Source: Promethearchaeota archaeon
GTDB lineage: Archaea > Asgardarchaeota > Lokiarchaeia > Sigyniarchaeales > SOKP01
Length of the DNA: 47,723 nucleotides
Direction of reading: 5' to 3'
Assembly: GCA_048938855.1 (NCBI GenBank)
Contig: JBHLLT010000022.1
Location: forward strand, 1-47,723
Shown here: positions 18,536-27,773 of the stretch, one piece after another
Position numbering within the stretch: position 1 is the first letter of the stretch
Layout of the letters: every line of letters starts with the position of its first letter
The notes under the pieces: generated by a model
Seen by the model: the letters and a program-made list of their open reading frames with translations, nothing else
What the model was told of the DNA's origin: nothing
The model's database searches: none
Translations under genes and position numbers: made by a program

Positions 18536-19734
18536 TGATTCACATTGATCAAGATAAATGCATTGGATGTGGTGAGTGTGTTGAAGCATGTATGTTTGGT
18601 TCATTATCTCTTAAAACCAATATTCCCTCAATTTCTGAGGATTGCCGCTTGTGTGGAGCATGTGCCAGAATCTGCCGCTATAATGCCATCATCATTAAGC
18701 GAAAAAAAAAGAAGAAAACTATTGACTGGAAAGGTGTTCTCATTTTTGGGGAGCAACGTGATGGAGTACTTTTAGAAGTTGTATATGAGTTATTAAGTAA
18801 GGGTAAAAAATTAGCTGATAAACTTAATGAGTCACTTTTATGTGTTGTATTAGGAAATTCAGTAAAAGGGATCAATGATTTAAAGTCTTATGGGGTAGAT
18901 GAGATACATTGTTTTAATGATCATAGCCTCAAGATGTTTAATTGTGAAATATATTCACAGATAATTTCAAATTTCGTTAAAGACATAAAACCAAGTATTT
19001 TTTTAATAGGAGCAACCTCAATTGGTCGAGAATTAGGCCCTAGAATAGCTGCAAAACTCAAAACTGGATTAACCGCAGATTGTACTGAACTAGAGATAAA
19101 TAAGGAAGGATTATTACTACAAACTAGACCTGCATTTGGTGGAAATATCATGGCATCTATAATATGCCCATCTTCAAGACCACAAATGGCTACTGTACGC
19201 CCAAAAGTCATGAAAATTGTGGAGAACAAAAATGATAAAGGCCGATTAATTAATCATCATGTAAATTCCGAGTTTGTAAAATCAAGAATTGAAACATTAA
19301 GAGAAAGGAAATACAATAATCACTGTAATATTGAAAATGCTGATATTATAGTTTCGGGAGGATTAGGGTTAGGTAAAAAAGAAGGTTTTATTTTATTGCA
19401 AGAACTTGCAGATGAATTAAACGGAGTAATTGCCGCAAGTAGACCTGCTGTTGATGCTGGATGGGCTGATCCAACGGTTCAAGTTGGAATGTCTGGTAAA
19501 GTTGTTCAACCTCATTTATATATTGCCTGTGGAATTTCTGGAGCTGTACAACATCGAGTTGGTATGGAAACTTCTGATGTAATTGTTGCTATAAATAAAG
19601 ATGAACGAGCTCCTATTTTTGACATTGCAGATTTTGGCATAGTAGCTGATTTGTATGATTTTCTTCCAAAATTTATCCATAATCTTAAAAAAAATAAAAA
19701 CGATCTTATTGTTTCCCTGAAAAAAAGTAGATAA
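18535..19734 (+). CDS. etfA: Electron transfer flavoprotein alpha subunit with an N-terminal 2[4Fe-4S] ferredoxin domain
   Basis: CIGCGECVEAC and CRLCGACARIC clusters, then GLTADCT, RPAFGGN, RPQMATVRP, SRPAVDAGW, QVGMSG and GISGAVQH. TAATG overlap with etfB. Confidence 0.95.
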   Translation: MIHIDQDKCIGCGECVEACMFGSLSLKTNIPSISEDCRLCGACARICRYNAIIIKRKKKKKTIDWKGVLIFGEQRDGVLLEVVYELLSKGKKLADKLNESLLCVVLGNSVKGINDLKSYGVDEIHCFNDHSLKMFNCEIYSQIISNFVKDIKPSIFLIGATSIGRELGPRIAAKLKTGLTADCTELEINKEGLLLQTRPAFGGNIMASIICPSSRPQMATVRPKVMKIVENKNDKGRLINHHVNSEFVKSRIETLRERKYNNHCNIENADIIVSGGLGLGKKEGFILLQELADELNGVIAASRPAVDAGWADPTVQVGMSGKVVQPHLYIACGISGAVQHRVGMETSDVIVAINKDERAPIFDIADFGIVADLYDFLPKFIHNLKKNKNDLIVSLKKSR

Positions 19735-19813
19735 TTTTTTGTAATTTTGCTTAAAATACATAATGAGAATTTTTAAAAAAATTATAATTAAAATTTTTTA
19801 AATTGATTTAGAG

Positions 19814-21463
19814 ATGCCAAATTCAGTTTTAAAAGTTGTAATAGCTCAAATAAATTCAACTGTAGGAGATATTGAATTTAATAAAAAAAAAATCGCGGAG
19901 ATAATTCGAAAGAACCAAGATGTTGATCTCATCATTTTTCCAGAAATGTCCTTAGTGGGTTATCCTCTTATGGACCATATACTTGATCCCTTAATTCAAG
20001 AAAAAAATGAGATTGCAGTTGAAGATATAAAGAATTTAAACTCCTTACCAGCAATTATTCTCGGGACCTTTACAATGCCATCTGAATTGAACGATAAAAT
20101 CCAGCAATTCTACAATTCTGCTCTAATTATTGAAGAAAATAATATAAAACATATTGAAAATAAACGGCTTTTACCTAATTATGATGTTTTTGATGAAAGA
20201 AGATATTTTTCCTTTGACAATAAATTTGAGCCTGTTAAAATAAAAGGAATAAAGTGTGGGATTTTAATATGTGAAGACATATGGGATGATAACTATGAAA
20301 TTAAAGTTGCTGATAACCTTGTTCATAATGGTGCTGAAATTCTTATAGTAATAAATGCGTCTCCTTATCATATTAATAAATTTAACCTTAGAGCTGACTT
20401 AGTTTGTAATAAGGCTAAGAAGCTTTCAATACCAATCATCTATGTTAATATGGTTGGTGGATTGGATGAAATTGTTTATGATGGTCAGAGTTTTATATCA
20501 AATCAGTTTGGTCAAATTATTTTTAAAGCGAAAGAGTTCGAAGAAGATATTTCTATAAATGAGGTAAGAACTGGAGAATCAGCTTTAAAAAATGAACCAG
20601 ATTTAGAGATCGATTGGAGAGATGAGGTATTAAAAGCGCTTAGGTTAAACTTATATGATTATTATCATAAAAGTGGCATATTTAAAGGTGCAGTTTTAGG
20701 TTTAAGTGGGGGAATTGATTCCGCTTTTACAGCGTATGTATGCGCTACAGCATTAGGATCGGAGAAAGTTACTTGTATTATGATGCCAACAAGATTTACT
20801 TCTCAAGAGAGTATTGAATTAGCTCAAAAAATTTGTGAAAATCTCAAAGTTAAATACATAATATATCCTATCGATGATCTATTTGCTGCTTATGAAAAAG
20901 ATATAGAAAAAAATCTTGGAAAGCAACCTTTTGATATAGCAGATGAAAACCTTCAAGCTCGTATTAGAGCGAATATTTTAATGTACTATTCAAACAAATT
21001 CAATTGGTTATTAGTATCAACAGGAAATAAATCTGAGATTGCCGTAGGATATTGCACTCTTTATGGAGACACATGTGGAGGGAAAAATGTACCTGGAGAT
21101 CTATTAAAAACTCAGATATATCAGATATGCAATTGGATAAATCGAAAAGAAGAGATAATTCCTAAAGGAATAATAGAAAGACCTCCCACTGCGGAGTTAC
21201 GAGAAAATCAGAAGGATAGTGATTCTTTACCCTCATATGAAATATTAGATGTAATATTGGAACAAATTATTGAAAATGGGCTAGGTGCTGAATTTGAAAA
21301 GTTGATTAATTTAAATATTGATAAGATTACAATTGAGAAAGTAAGAACTCTTTATTTGAATTCGGAATATAAGCGTAGACAATTGGTTCAGACAATAAAA
21401 GTAAGTGAAAGCGCATTTGGAATTGGAAGAAGGTATCCCGTTTTAAAAAAAATTAAGTACTAG
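19814..21463 (+). CDS. nadE: Glutamine-dependent NAD+ synthetase (nitrilase domain + synthetase)
   Basis: FPE, K..LPNYDVFDERRYF and ICEDIW (E-K-C triad). Also SGGIDS, ENLQARIR, TGNKSE, PPTAELR and SEYKR. Confidence 0.96.
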   Translation: MPNSVLKVVIAQINSTVGDIEFNKKKIAEIIRKNQDVDLIIFPEMSLVGYPLMDHILDPLIQEKNEIAVEDIKNLNSLPAIILGTFTMPSELNDKIQQFYNSALIIEENNIKHIENKRLLPNYDVFDERRYFSFDNKFEPVKIKGIKCGILICEDIWDDNYEIKVADNLVHNGAEILIVINASPYHINKFNLRADLVCNKAKKLSIPIIYVNMVGGLDEIVYDGQSFISNQFGQIIFKAKEFEEDISINEVRTGESALKNEPDLEIDWRDEVLKALRLNLYDYYHKSGIFKGAVLGLSGGIDSAFTAYVCATALGSEKVTCIMMPTRFTSQESIELAQKICENLKVKYIIYPIDDLFAAYEKDIEKNLGKQPFDIADENLQARIRANILMYYSNKFNWLLVSTGNKSEIAVGYCTLYGDTCGGKNVPGDLLKTQIYQICNWINRKEEIIPKGIIERPPTAELRENQKDSDSLPSYEILDVILEQIIENGLGAEFEKLINLNIDKITIEKVRTLYLNSEYKRRQLVQTIKVSESAFGIGRRYPVLKKIKY

Positions 21464-21467
21464 ATCA

Positions 21468-21719
21468 TTAAAATAATGCAGAGTACATCTTTTCAATATC
21501 TTCCAAAGTGTCAAATAGCATATTATATAGTTTTAAGCTATCATACGAGGGAGTATTATCCATTATATGATCTAAAATCTTATTAGCAATTTTCTTATCA
21601 TTTTCAGTATAATGATCCGATTTAGATTTGAATAAAATTTGAAATTCTTCTATCAGCCATATTAATTCTTTTTTCAAATCTTCTTCCATAATTTCAAGAT
21701 ATTTAACACTAACTTTCAT
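21468..21719 (-). CDS. Small acidic helical hypothetical protein
   Basis: 83-aa ORF with amphipathic periodicity, convergent on nadE. The true start may be the second Met (MEEDL). Confidence 0.6.
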   Translation of the reverse strand: MKVSVKYLEIMEEDLKKELIWLIEEFQILFKSKSDHYTENDKKIANKILDHIMDNTPSYDSLKLYNMLFDTLEDIEKMYSALF

Positions 21720-21954
21720 GATAATACATCGACCCTATAAAAATTATGCAATCTCTATTTTTACTTATATTAAAAGAATTAAAGCTGCTATTAATAATTT
21801 TTATAGACCAATTTTTACTATCTATAGATTTATAATTAAGATTTAACTCAACTACCAGAGAATTCAGAATATTTAAATAATTCTTTAGCATTAGTATATT
21901 AACTTGAATTTTAATGTTCAAATGCGAAATTCTATCTAACTTAGGTTGTTTTAA

Positions 21955-22980
21955 ATGTTTAGTTCACGAAATCATATTCAAAATTTCTATATAAATATAG
22001 TTATTACTATAGCTATTGGAGGTACCATTTTTTTTATCGGGACAATAATATCCTTTAATGTGTTTTTATTTTTACCTGGAGATCCCGTCTATGCGTTATT
22101 GGAATCTATGGGTATAACTGATCCTCTACCTGAAGTTGTTGCAGCATACCGACATTCACTTGGGTTTGATCTTCCTATTTTTATAAGATATTTTCGATAT
22201 TTGGCTGATTTAATTACTGGAAATTGGAGTACTTCAATTTCAGTCGCTAGAGGTTCATCTACTTGGAATCTTATTGCTCTTCGATTGCCTCGAACTATAG
22301 ATATAATGATGGTTTCTAGCATAATAGCAGTGGGTTGTGGGTTAATTTTGGGGAGGTTTTTAGCAAAAAATCGAGGATCTATTCAGGATAGAGTAATTCA
22401 ATTAGTATGTATAATTGGTTTTTCAATTCCTATATTTTTTCTGGGCATGGTATTTCAATATTATTTGGCGTTTCAATTTCCTATTTTCCCAGGTACTTAC
22501 TATAAGAATATCGATTTTGAGGATCCACCGTTTGTAACAGGATTTTACATTATTGATGCATTGTTGTCAGGACAATTTTATAAAATCCCGGACTATATAT
22601 ATCATTTAATTCTCCCAGTTATTTGTTTAACTATAATTTCATTTTCATTAGTAACTATTATAACTCGTTCTTACATGTTAAATCAATCCCGAGATAAATC
22701 AGTAATCTCAAACTCAGTTGTAACAGGATTTTTATTTGGATTCATGTTTATGTTCACAATATTGCTAGAAACTACATTTGGGTTAAATGGGTTCGGCTCA
22801 CTCCTAATACAGGCTATAAATCTAATAGATTACTGGGTTATTTCTGCAGTGCTGAATATTGTAATAATAATGTTCGTGATTATTACTTTAATCTCTAATT
22901 TTGGCTATAGTTTACATAAATTCCTAAAAGATAAAGAATTTGGATATAGAATTGAACCAAACTTAGAGGAGGATATGTAA
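21955..22980 (+). CDS. dppB: DppB/OppB-like permease (copy 1) lacking the EAA loop
   Basis: LPGDP, LGFDLP..RY..YL..L..GNW, RLPRT, SIPIFFLG, TGFYIIDALL, HLILP and ETTFGLNGFG motifs. Confidence 0.85.
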   Translation: MFSSRNHIQNFYINIVITIAIGGTIFFIGTIISFNVFLFLPGDPVYALLESMGITDPLPEVVAAYRHSLGFDLPIFIRYFRYLADLITGNWSTSISVARGSSTWNLIALRLPRTIDIMMVSSIIAVGCGLILGRFLAKNRGSIQDRVIQLVCIIGFSIPIFFLGMVFQYYLAFQFPIFPGTYYKNIDFEDPPFVTGFYIIDALLSGQFYKIPDYIYHLILPVICLTIISFSLVTIITRSYMLNQSRDKSVISNSVVTGFLFGFMFMFTILLETTFGLNGFGSLLIQAINLIDYWVISAVLNIVIIMFVIITLISNFGYSLHKFLKDKEFGYRIEPNLEEDM

Positions 22981-23841
22981 ATGAAAAAATCAACCAATGA
23001 GGTAAGTATTGAAGAGAGTATTAAAGAATTTCTACTTAGAAAAATAAGATCTCCATTTGTAATTGTAGGTCTTATTTTAGTAATATTATTTATTTTAGTA
23101 TCAATAGTTCCTCAAATATTTACTCCTTATACCATCTACACAGCATTTCAAAGCCAACCTGGAGCGTGGAGTCCACCTTCTTATGCGCATCCACTTGGAC
23201 AAACAGAATTGGGGTACGACGTCGCTGCAGTGATAGTTTATAGTATACCCACATCATTAGGATTGAGTGGTATAACAGTAATGATCGGATTAGGTGGGGG
23301 AATTTTATTTGGATACCTTGCTGGAAGATTTAATTGGAAAATTTACACTATAATCATGGCAGGTATGATCTTTTTTTATATCCTCCCACCAATAGTTATG
23401 ATAATAATATTTAACGAAATAACATATGGCTCTACTACTCCAAGAATGGTATTTACTATAGGGGCATTATTTGTTCCAAGTTTTACAAGGGTAATTGCTA
23501 ATCATGTATCTAGAAAATTGGACCCTAATTATTTATTCAAAAAAATTTTATGTTATATTCCCTTGCACCTAGGATTATCAATTATTATTTTTGAGTCACT
23601 TGGCTATTTAGGATTTTTTAATCCATCAATTCATATCTTAGGAAATCTTATTAATTATGCTAGAACCAATTTATATAGTGCACCTTGGGCTAGTTTTTAT
23701 CCAGGAGTTACAATTTTTGGAATGATGTTGAGTTGTTTTCTTTTATATATAGGTCTTCAAGACTATGGTCAGATTTCTAAGACTTATAACCCGAAATTTG
23801 GTATCAATAATGATAAATCTATGAGAGATATTGAAGAATAA
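22981..23841 (+). CDS. dppC: DppC/OppC-like permease (copy 1) lacking the EAA loop
   Basis: PPSYAHPLGQTELGYDV, GYLAG, ESLGYLG and APWASFYPG motifs. Confidence 0.85.
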   Translation: MKKSTNEVSIEESIKEFLLRKIRSPFVIVGLILVILFILVSIVPQIFTPYTIYTAFQSQPGAWSPPSYAHPLGQTELGYDVAAVIVYSIPTSLGLSGITVMIGLGGGILFGYLAGRFNWKIYTIIMAGMIFFYILPPIVMIIIFNEITYGSTTPRMVFTIGALFVPSFTRVIANHVSRKLDPNYLFKKILCYIPLHLGLSIIIFESLGYLGFFNPSIHILGNLINYARTNLYSAPWASFYPGVTIFGMMLSCFLLYIGLQDYGQISKTYNPKFGINNDKSMRDIEE

Positions 23842-24051
23842 TTGAATTCTAAATGAAGTTTGTTTGTTTTTTTTTATTAAATGAATGTTTCCACTAATCT
23901 TGCTTTTTATAGACGATTATTTATTGACTTTTCGTAATCGAGAAATAATTTTCTAATGCTGTATTTCGCAAGATTTAAATAATCTCTTCATATTAATTCA
24001 TAATAGTAACTTTAACCAGAAAATTCAAAGACAATAATCACAATTAACAAG

Positions 24052-25053
24052 TTGTTTAAAATGGAAAAGAATGTTAGGTCATTCGTCATAAATATAGTTC
24101 TTACCATAAACATTGGAATCGCTTTTTTTTTTATTGGTACTCTTATTTCCTTTGCTATTGTCTATCTTTTACCCGGCGATCCTGTTATAGCCTATTTAGC
24201 ATCAATAGGAATATATAGTCCAACACCAGCACAAATTCAACAGTTTAGACACCTGCTTGGGTTTGATCTACCAATTTTTGTAAGATATTTAAGATATTTG
24301 CTTGATTTAATTACTGGAAATTGGGGTACATCAGTCTCTATTGCCCCTGGGACCCCCGTAATCGAGTTATTGCATCGATTACCTAGAACTATAGGATTAA
24401 TGACAATGTCTATAATGATTGCTTTACCACTGGGATTTCTTTTAGGGAGGCTCTTAGCTAAAAAGAGGGGTTTCTGGTATGATAGATTAATTCAATTAGG
24501 AAGTATTATAGGATTATCGATTCCCGTATTTTTTCTAGGAATGTCATTTCAGTTCACCCTCGGATTTGTGAATCCGATTTTCCCCACTTCATATTATAAA
24601 ACACCTAGTTATACTGATCCGCCATACTTAACTGGATTCTATATATTTGATGCGTTATTCACAGGTCAATTCCCTAAAATAATAGATTATTTATATCATA
24701 TGTTTCTGCCGGTTACTTGTTTAGCAATAGTCTCCTTTTCATTAATAACACTAAAGACTCGTACCTATTTGCCACACAAATCACGGGAAAAAACAATTTT
24801 CTCTAATATGTTATTAACGCTAATAATATTTAGTTTTGTCTTTATGTCCGCTATATTAGTAGAAAGTAATTTTGGACTAAATGGATTTGCCCAACTTATA
24901 GTAGAGGCAATTAATTTAATAGATTATTGGGTTATTTCAGCAATATTAATAACAACAATAATAATGATCGTAGTATTAATCGTTATTTCAAATTTTGCCT
25001 TTTCTCTTTATAAATTCTTAAAAGGTAGAGAAATGTGGGAGGAGGATATTTAG
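24052..25053 (+). CDS. dppB: DppB/OppB-like permease (copy 2) lacking the EAA loop
   Basis: Paralog of 21955..22980 with the same motifs. The start may be ATG 24061. Confidence 0.85.
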   Translation: MFKMEKNVRSFVINIVLTINIGIAFFFIGTLISFAIVYLLPGDPVIAYLASIGIYSPTPAQIQQFRHLLGFDLPIFVRYLRYLLDLITGNWGTSVSIAPGTPVIELLHRLPRTIGLMTMSIMIALPLGFLLGRLLAKKRGFWYDRLIQLGSIIGLSIPVFFLGMSFQFTLGFVNPIFPTSYYKTPSYTDPPYLTGFYIFDALFTGQFPKIIDYLYHMFLPVTCLAIVSFSLITLKTRTYLPHKSREKTIFSNMLLTLIIFSFVFMSAILVESNFGLNGFAQLIVEAINLIDYWVISAILITTIIMIVVLIVISNFAFSLYKFLKGREMWEEDI

Positions 25054-25908
25054 ATGGAAAAAAAAACAAGCGAATTACCAATTGAGGATAGTATTAAAGA
25101 TTTTTTTCTACGTAAACTGTATTCTCCATATTTCATTGTAGGTATAATTATGATTTTTTTGTTTATCTTAATATCTATAGTACCTCAAATATTTACAGTT
25201 TATACTTACGCAGAAGCGTTTCAAATTCAAGCTGGTGCATGGAATCCTCCTTCGTCTGCGCATCCACTTGGTCAAACACATTTAGGCTTTGATGTTGCAG
25301 GTGCCATAGTATATACTATTCCTATTTCGCTGCTATTAGGATGTGGAGCAGTTTTTATCGGTTTAGGTGGAGGAATTCTGTTTGGATATCTTGCTGGAAG
25401 ATTTAATAAGATCGTCGATAATATTATAATGGCAGGTCTTGTCTCCTTCTATATATTACCAGTAATAATCATAATTCTATTCCAAATTGCCATATTTGGA
25501 ACGATTTCTTATCCTGGGGTTATGATAGTAACGTTTGGAGCAATTTTGACTCCAATTTTCACACGAGTAATAGCTGATGAAGTAGCTCGTAATCTTGGCT
25601 TAAAAAGTGTATTCAAATCAGTTCTTCCATATATTCCATTATATTTAGGTATAGCTATTTTAGTGAGTGAAGCAGTTGGTTTTTTAGGATTTACACCTTC
25701 ACAAATTCGTACTTTAGGTTATCTCATTAATATTGCCAGACCTAATTTATATTCCGCACCGTGGGCTGGTCTTTTCCCTGGTTTGACGATCTTTGGGATG
25801 GTTTTGAGTCTTCTTCTTTTATATATAGGACTTCAAGACCATGGCCCTGCTGGGAAACCTATATTTAAAATTCGGCGATCTAAAGACCGCGAAGAATCAA
25901 TAGAGTAA
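25054..25908 (+). CDS. dppC: DppC/OppC-like permease (copy 2) lacking the EAA loop
   Basis: Paralog of 22981..23841 (PPSSAHPLGQT, EAVGFLG, APWAGLFPG). Confidence 0.85.
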   Translation: MEKKTSELPIEDSIKDFFLRKLYSPYFIVGIIMIFLFILISIVPQIFTVYTYAEAFQIQAGAWNPPSSAHPLGQTHLGFDVAGAIVYTIPISLLLGCGAVFIGLGGGILFGYLAGRFNKIVDNIIMAGLVSFYILPVIIIILFQIAIFGTISYPGVMIVTFGAILTPIFTRVIADEVARNLGLKSVFKSVLPYIPLYLGIAILVSEAVGFLGFTPSQIRTLGYLINIARPNLYSAPWAGLFPGLTIFGMVLSLLLLYIGLQDHGPAGKPIFKIRRSKDREESIE

Positions 25909-25962
25909 GTTTCAGGATAACTAAATTTCTAATTTTTTTCTTTTTTTTTCTAAATCAGCATT

Positions 25963-27771
25963 TCAGACGGTTTCTTTCATTTTTTCTATATACTCAAGGC
26001 TTTGATGTCTGAAGTATGTATTATAGAGTTCAGCATACATCCCACCTTTAACCATTAATTCATCGTGATTTCCCTCTTCCACAATTCTTCCATGGTCAAG
26101 GACGATAATCCTATCTACATGACGTACTGTCCAAAGGCGATGAGCAATTATGATTGATGTACGTCCTTCTATCGTTTTTTGTAGAGCGTCTTGAATTCGA
26201 GTTTCGGTGAATGGATCAACTGAAGCTGTGGCTTCATCTAGAATAAGAATGGCAGGATTCTCTAATAGAACTCGAGCAAAAACAACTAGTTGTCTTTGAC
26301 CCATTGAAAGACGACTACCTCTTTCCCCTACATCTGTGTTCAACCCTTGTGATAAATCCTCGATCCAATCAGATCCACTTGTTACGTTTAGAGAATTATA
26401 AACATCTTCTGTTTTTGCCTCAGAACAACAATATTTTATGTTATTTTCAATTGAATCAGCGAAAAGAAATGGAGATTGAGGTATAATTCCGATTTGTTTC
26501 CTATATTCTTTAAGGTCATAATTTCTAATACTAATTTCATCAACCAAAATATCTCCTCCCTGAAATTCATAAAATCTTCCTAAAAGTTTTGCTAAACTGG
26601 ACTTTCCAGCCCCAGTATGCCCAACAATTGCTAATGATTCTCCTGCCTTAATTGAAAGATTAAAATTATTAAAAATTTCCATATCTTTTTCATAACTAAA
26701 GATTAAATTTTTGATTTCTATACTACCTTTTAATCTTGGAGGAATAATTTTGTCGTTTTGAATTATTTGAGGTAATGTATCTATTAATGCAAAAATTCTC
26801 TCAGATGCAGCCATTCCGGCTTGAAATGTTGGCCAAAAAGATGCAATGGTTAATAATGGAAAAAATAAATAATTTAATCCTTGTAAAAAAAGATTCAGAT
26901 CCCCAGCACTCATCCCTCCTCCTAGAACATTACTGCCTCCATATAGAACCAATAACGTGACCACAATTCCTTGTATGATTCCCAAGGAAGGAAAAATAGC
27001 ATTTAATACAAATGCTCTTCTTAGATTGACTTTATATGAGATTGTATTAACTTTATTGAATCTTTCATACAATTTGTCTTCTTGACGAAATGTTTTTGCT
27101 ATTTGAATGCCAGAAAAGCTTTCCTTAACGAAATCATTAACTGAAGCTAAAGCTCTTTGTCCTAATAATGTTCTCTTCCGAGCAATTTTGCGAAATGCTA
27201 ATGCTAGGATGAAAAAAAAGGGAAGAGTGCTAAGAGTTGCCAAAGAGAGTGTAGTATTTATAACAAACATTATTATGATCAACATTATGAGAATTAGGAC
27301 AGAAGATATCAATTGGATAGATAAATCCACAGTTGTACCAAAAGTATCACTGTCTGAATTTACTCTACTAACTATCTTACCTGTTGGATTTCTATCAAAA
27401 AAGGAAAGATCGTGATTTAAAACTGCATTTGTAGCATCTTTTCTAAGATCCAGCATTACACCTCCGATTACTCGGAATGCATAACGTTGCTGAAAATAAT
27501 TGAAAACCCAACTTAATAGATTTAACATAAGAATAACAGATATGATAAAGATAATATAAAAGGTATTTCTGTTTGTCTCTAAATTATTGATGATTACACT
27601 AATTAGAACTGGTACGAATGCCGATGTGAGGGATGAGATTGTTATAAATAAGATAACTATTGCCATAGACCGTTTATATGAGCTGAAATACCCTAAAATA
27701 CGTTTAAATAAAAGTCGATCTTTATACTTTCTATCATATTCCTCTGCATCTAAAGCCCATCCATAAGCCAT
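25963..27771 (-). CDS. ABC exporter half-transporter (TMD+NBD), subunit of a heterodimer
   Basis: Walker A GHTGAGKS, canonical Walker B ILDEAT, degenerate signature LSMGQ, AHRL. Confidence 0.93.
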   Translation of the reverse strand: MAYGWALDAEEYDRKYKDRLLFKRILGYFSSYKRSMAIVILFITISSLTSAFVPVLISVIINNLETNRNTFYIIFIISVILMLNLLSWVFNYFQQRYAFRVIGGVMLDLRKDATNAVLNHDLSFFDRNPTGKIVSRVNSDSDTFGTTVDLSIQLISSVLILIMLIIIMFVINTTLSLATLSTLPFFFILALAFRKIARKRTLLGQRALASVNDFVKESFSGIQIAKTFRQEDKLYERFNKVNTISYKVNLRRAFVLNAIFPSLGIIQGIVVTLLVLYGGSNVLGGGMSAGDLNLFLQGLNYLFFPLLTIASFWPTFQAGMAASERIFALIDTLPQIIQNDKIIPPRLKGSIEIKNLIFSYEKDMEIFNNFNLSIKAGESLAIVGHTGAGKSSLAKLLGRFYEFQGGDILVDEISIRNYDLKEYRKQIGIIPQSPFLFADSIENNIKYCCSEAKTEDVYNSLNVTSGSDWIEDLSQGLNTDVGERGSRLSMGQRQLVVFARVLLENPAILILDEATASVDPFTETRIQDALQKTIEGRTSIIIAHRLWTVRHVDRIIVLDHGRIVEEGNHDELMVKGGMYAELYNTYFRHQSLEYIEKMKETV

Positions 27772-27773
27772 TT

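Noticed and set aside
21709-21921. 70-aa minus-strand ORF
   Set aside because: It has low-complexity N/I/K/S composition and lies over the promoter region of the first dppB.
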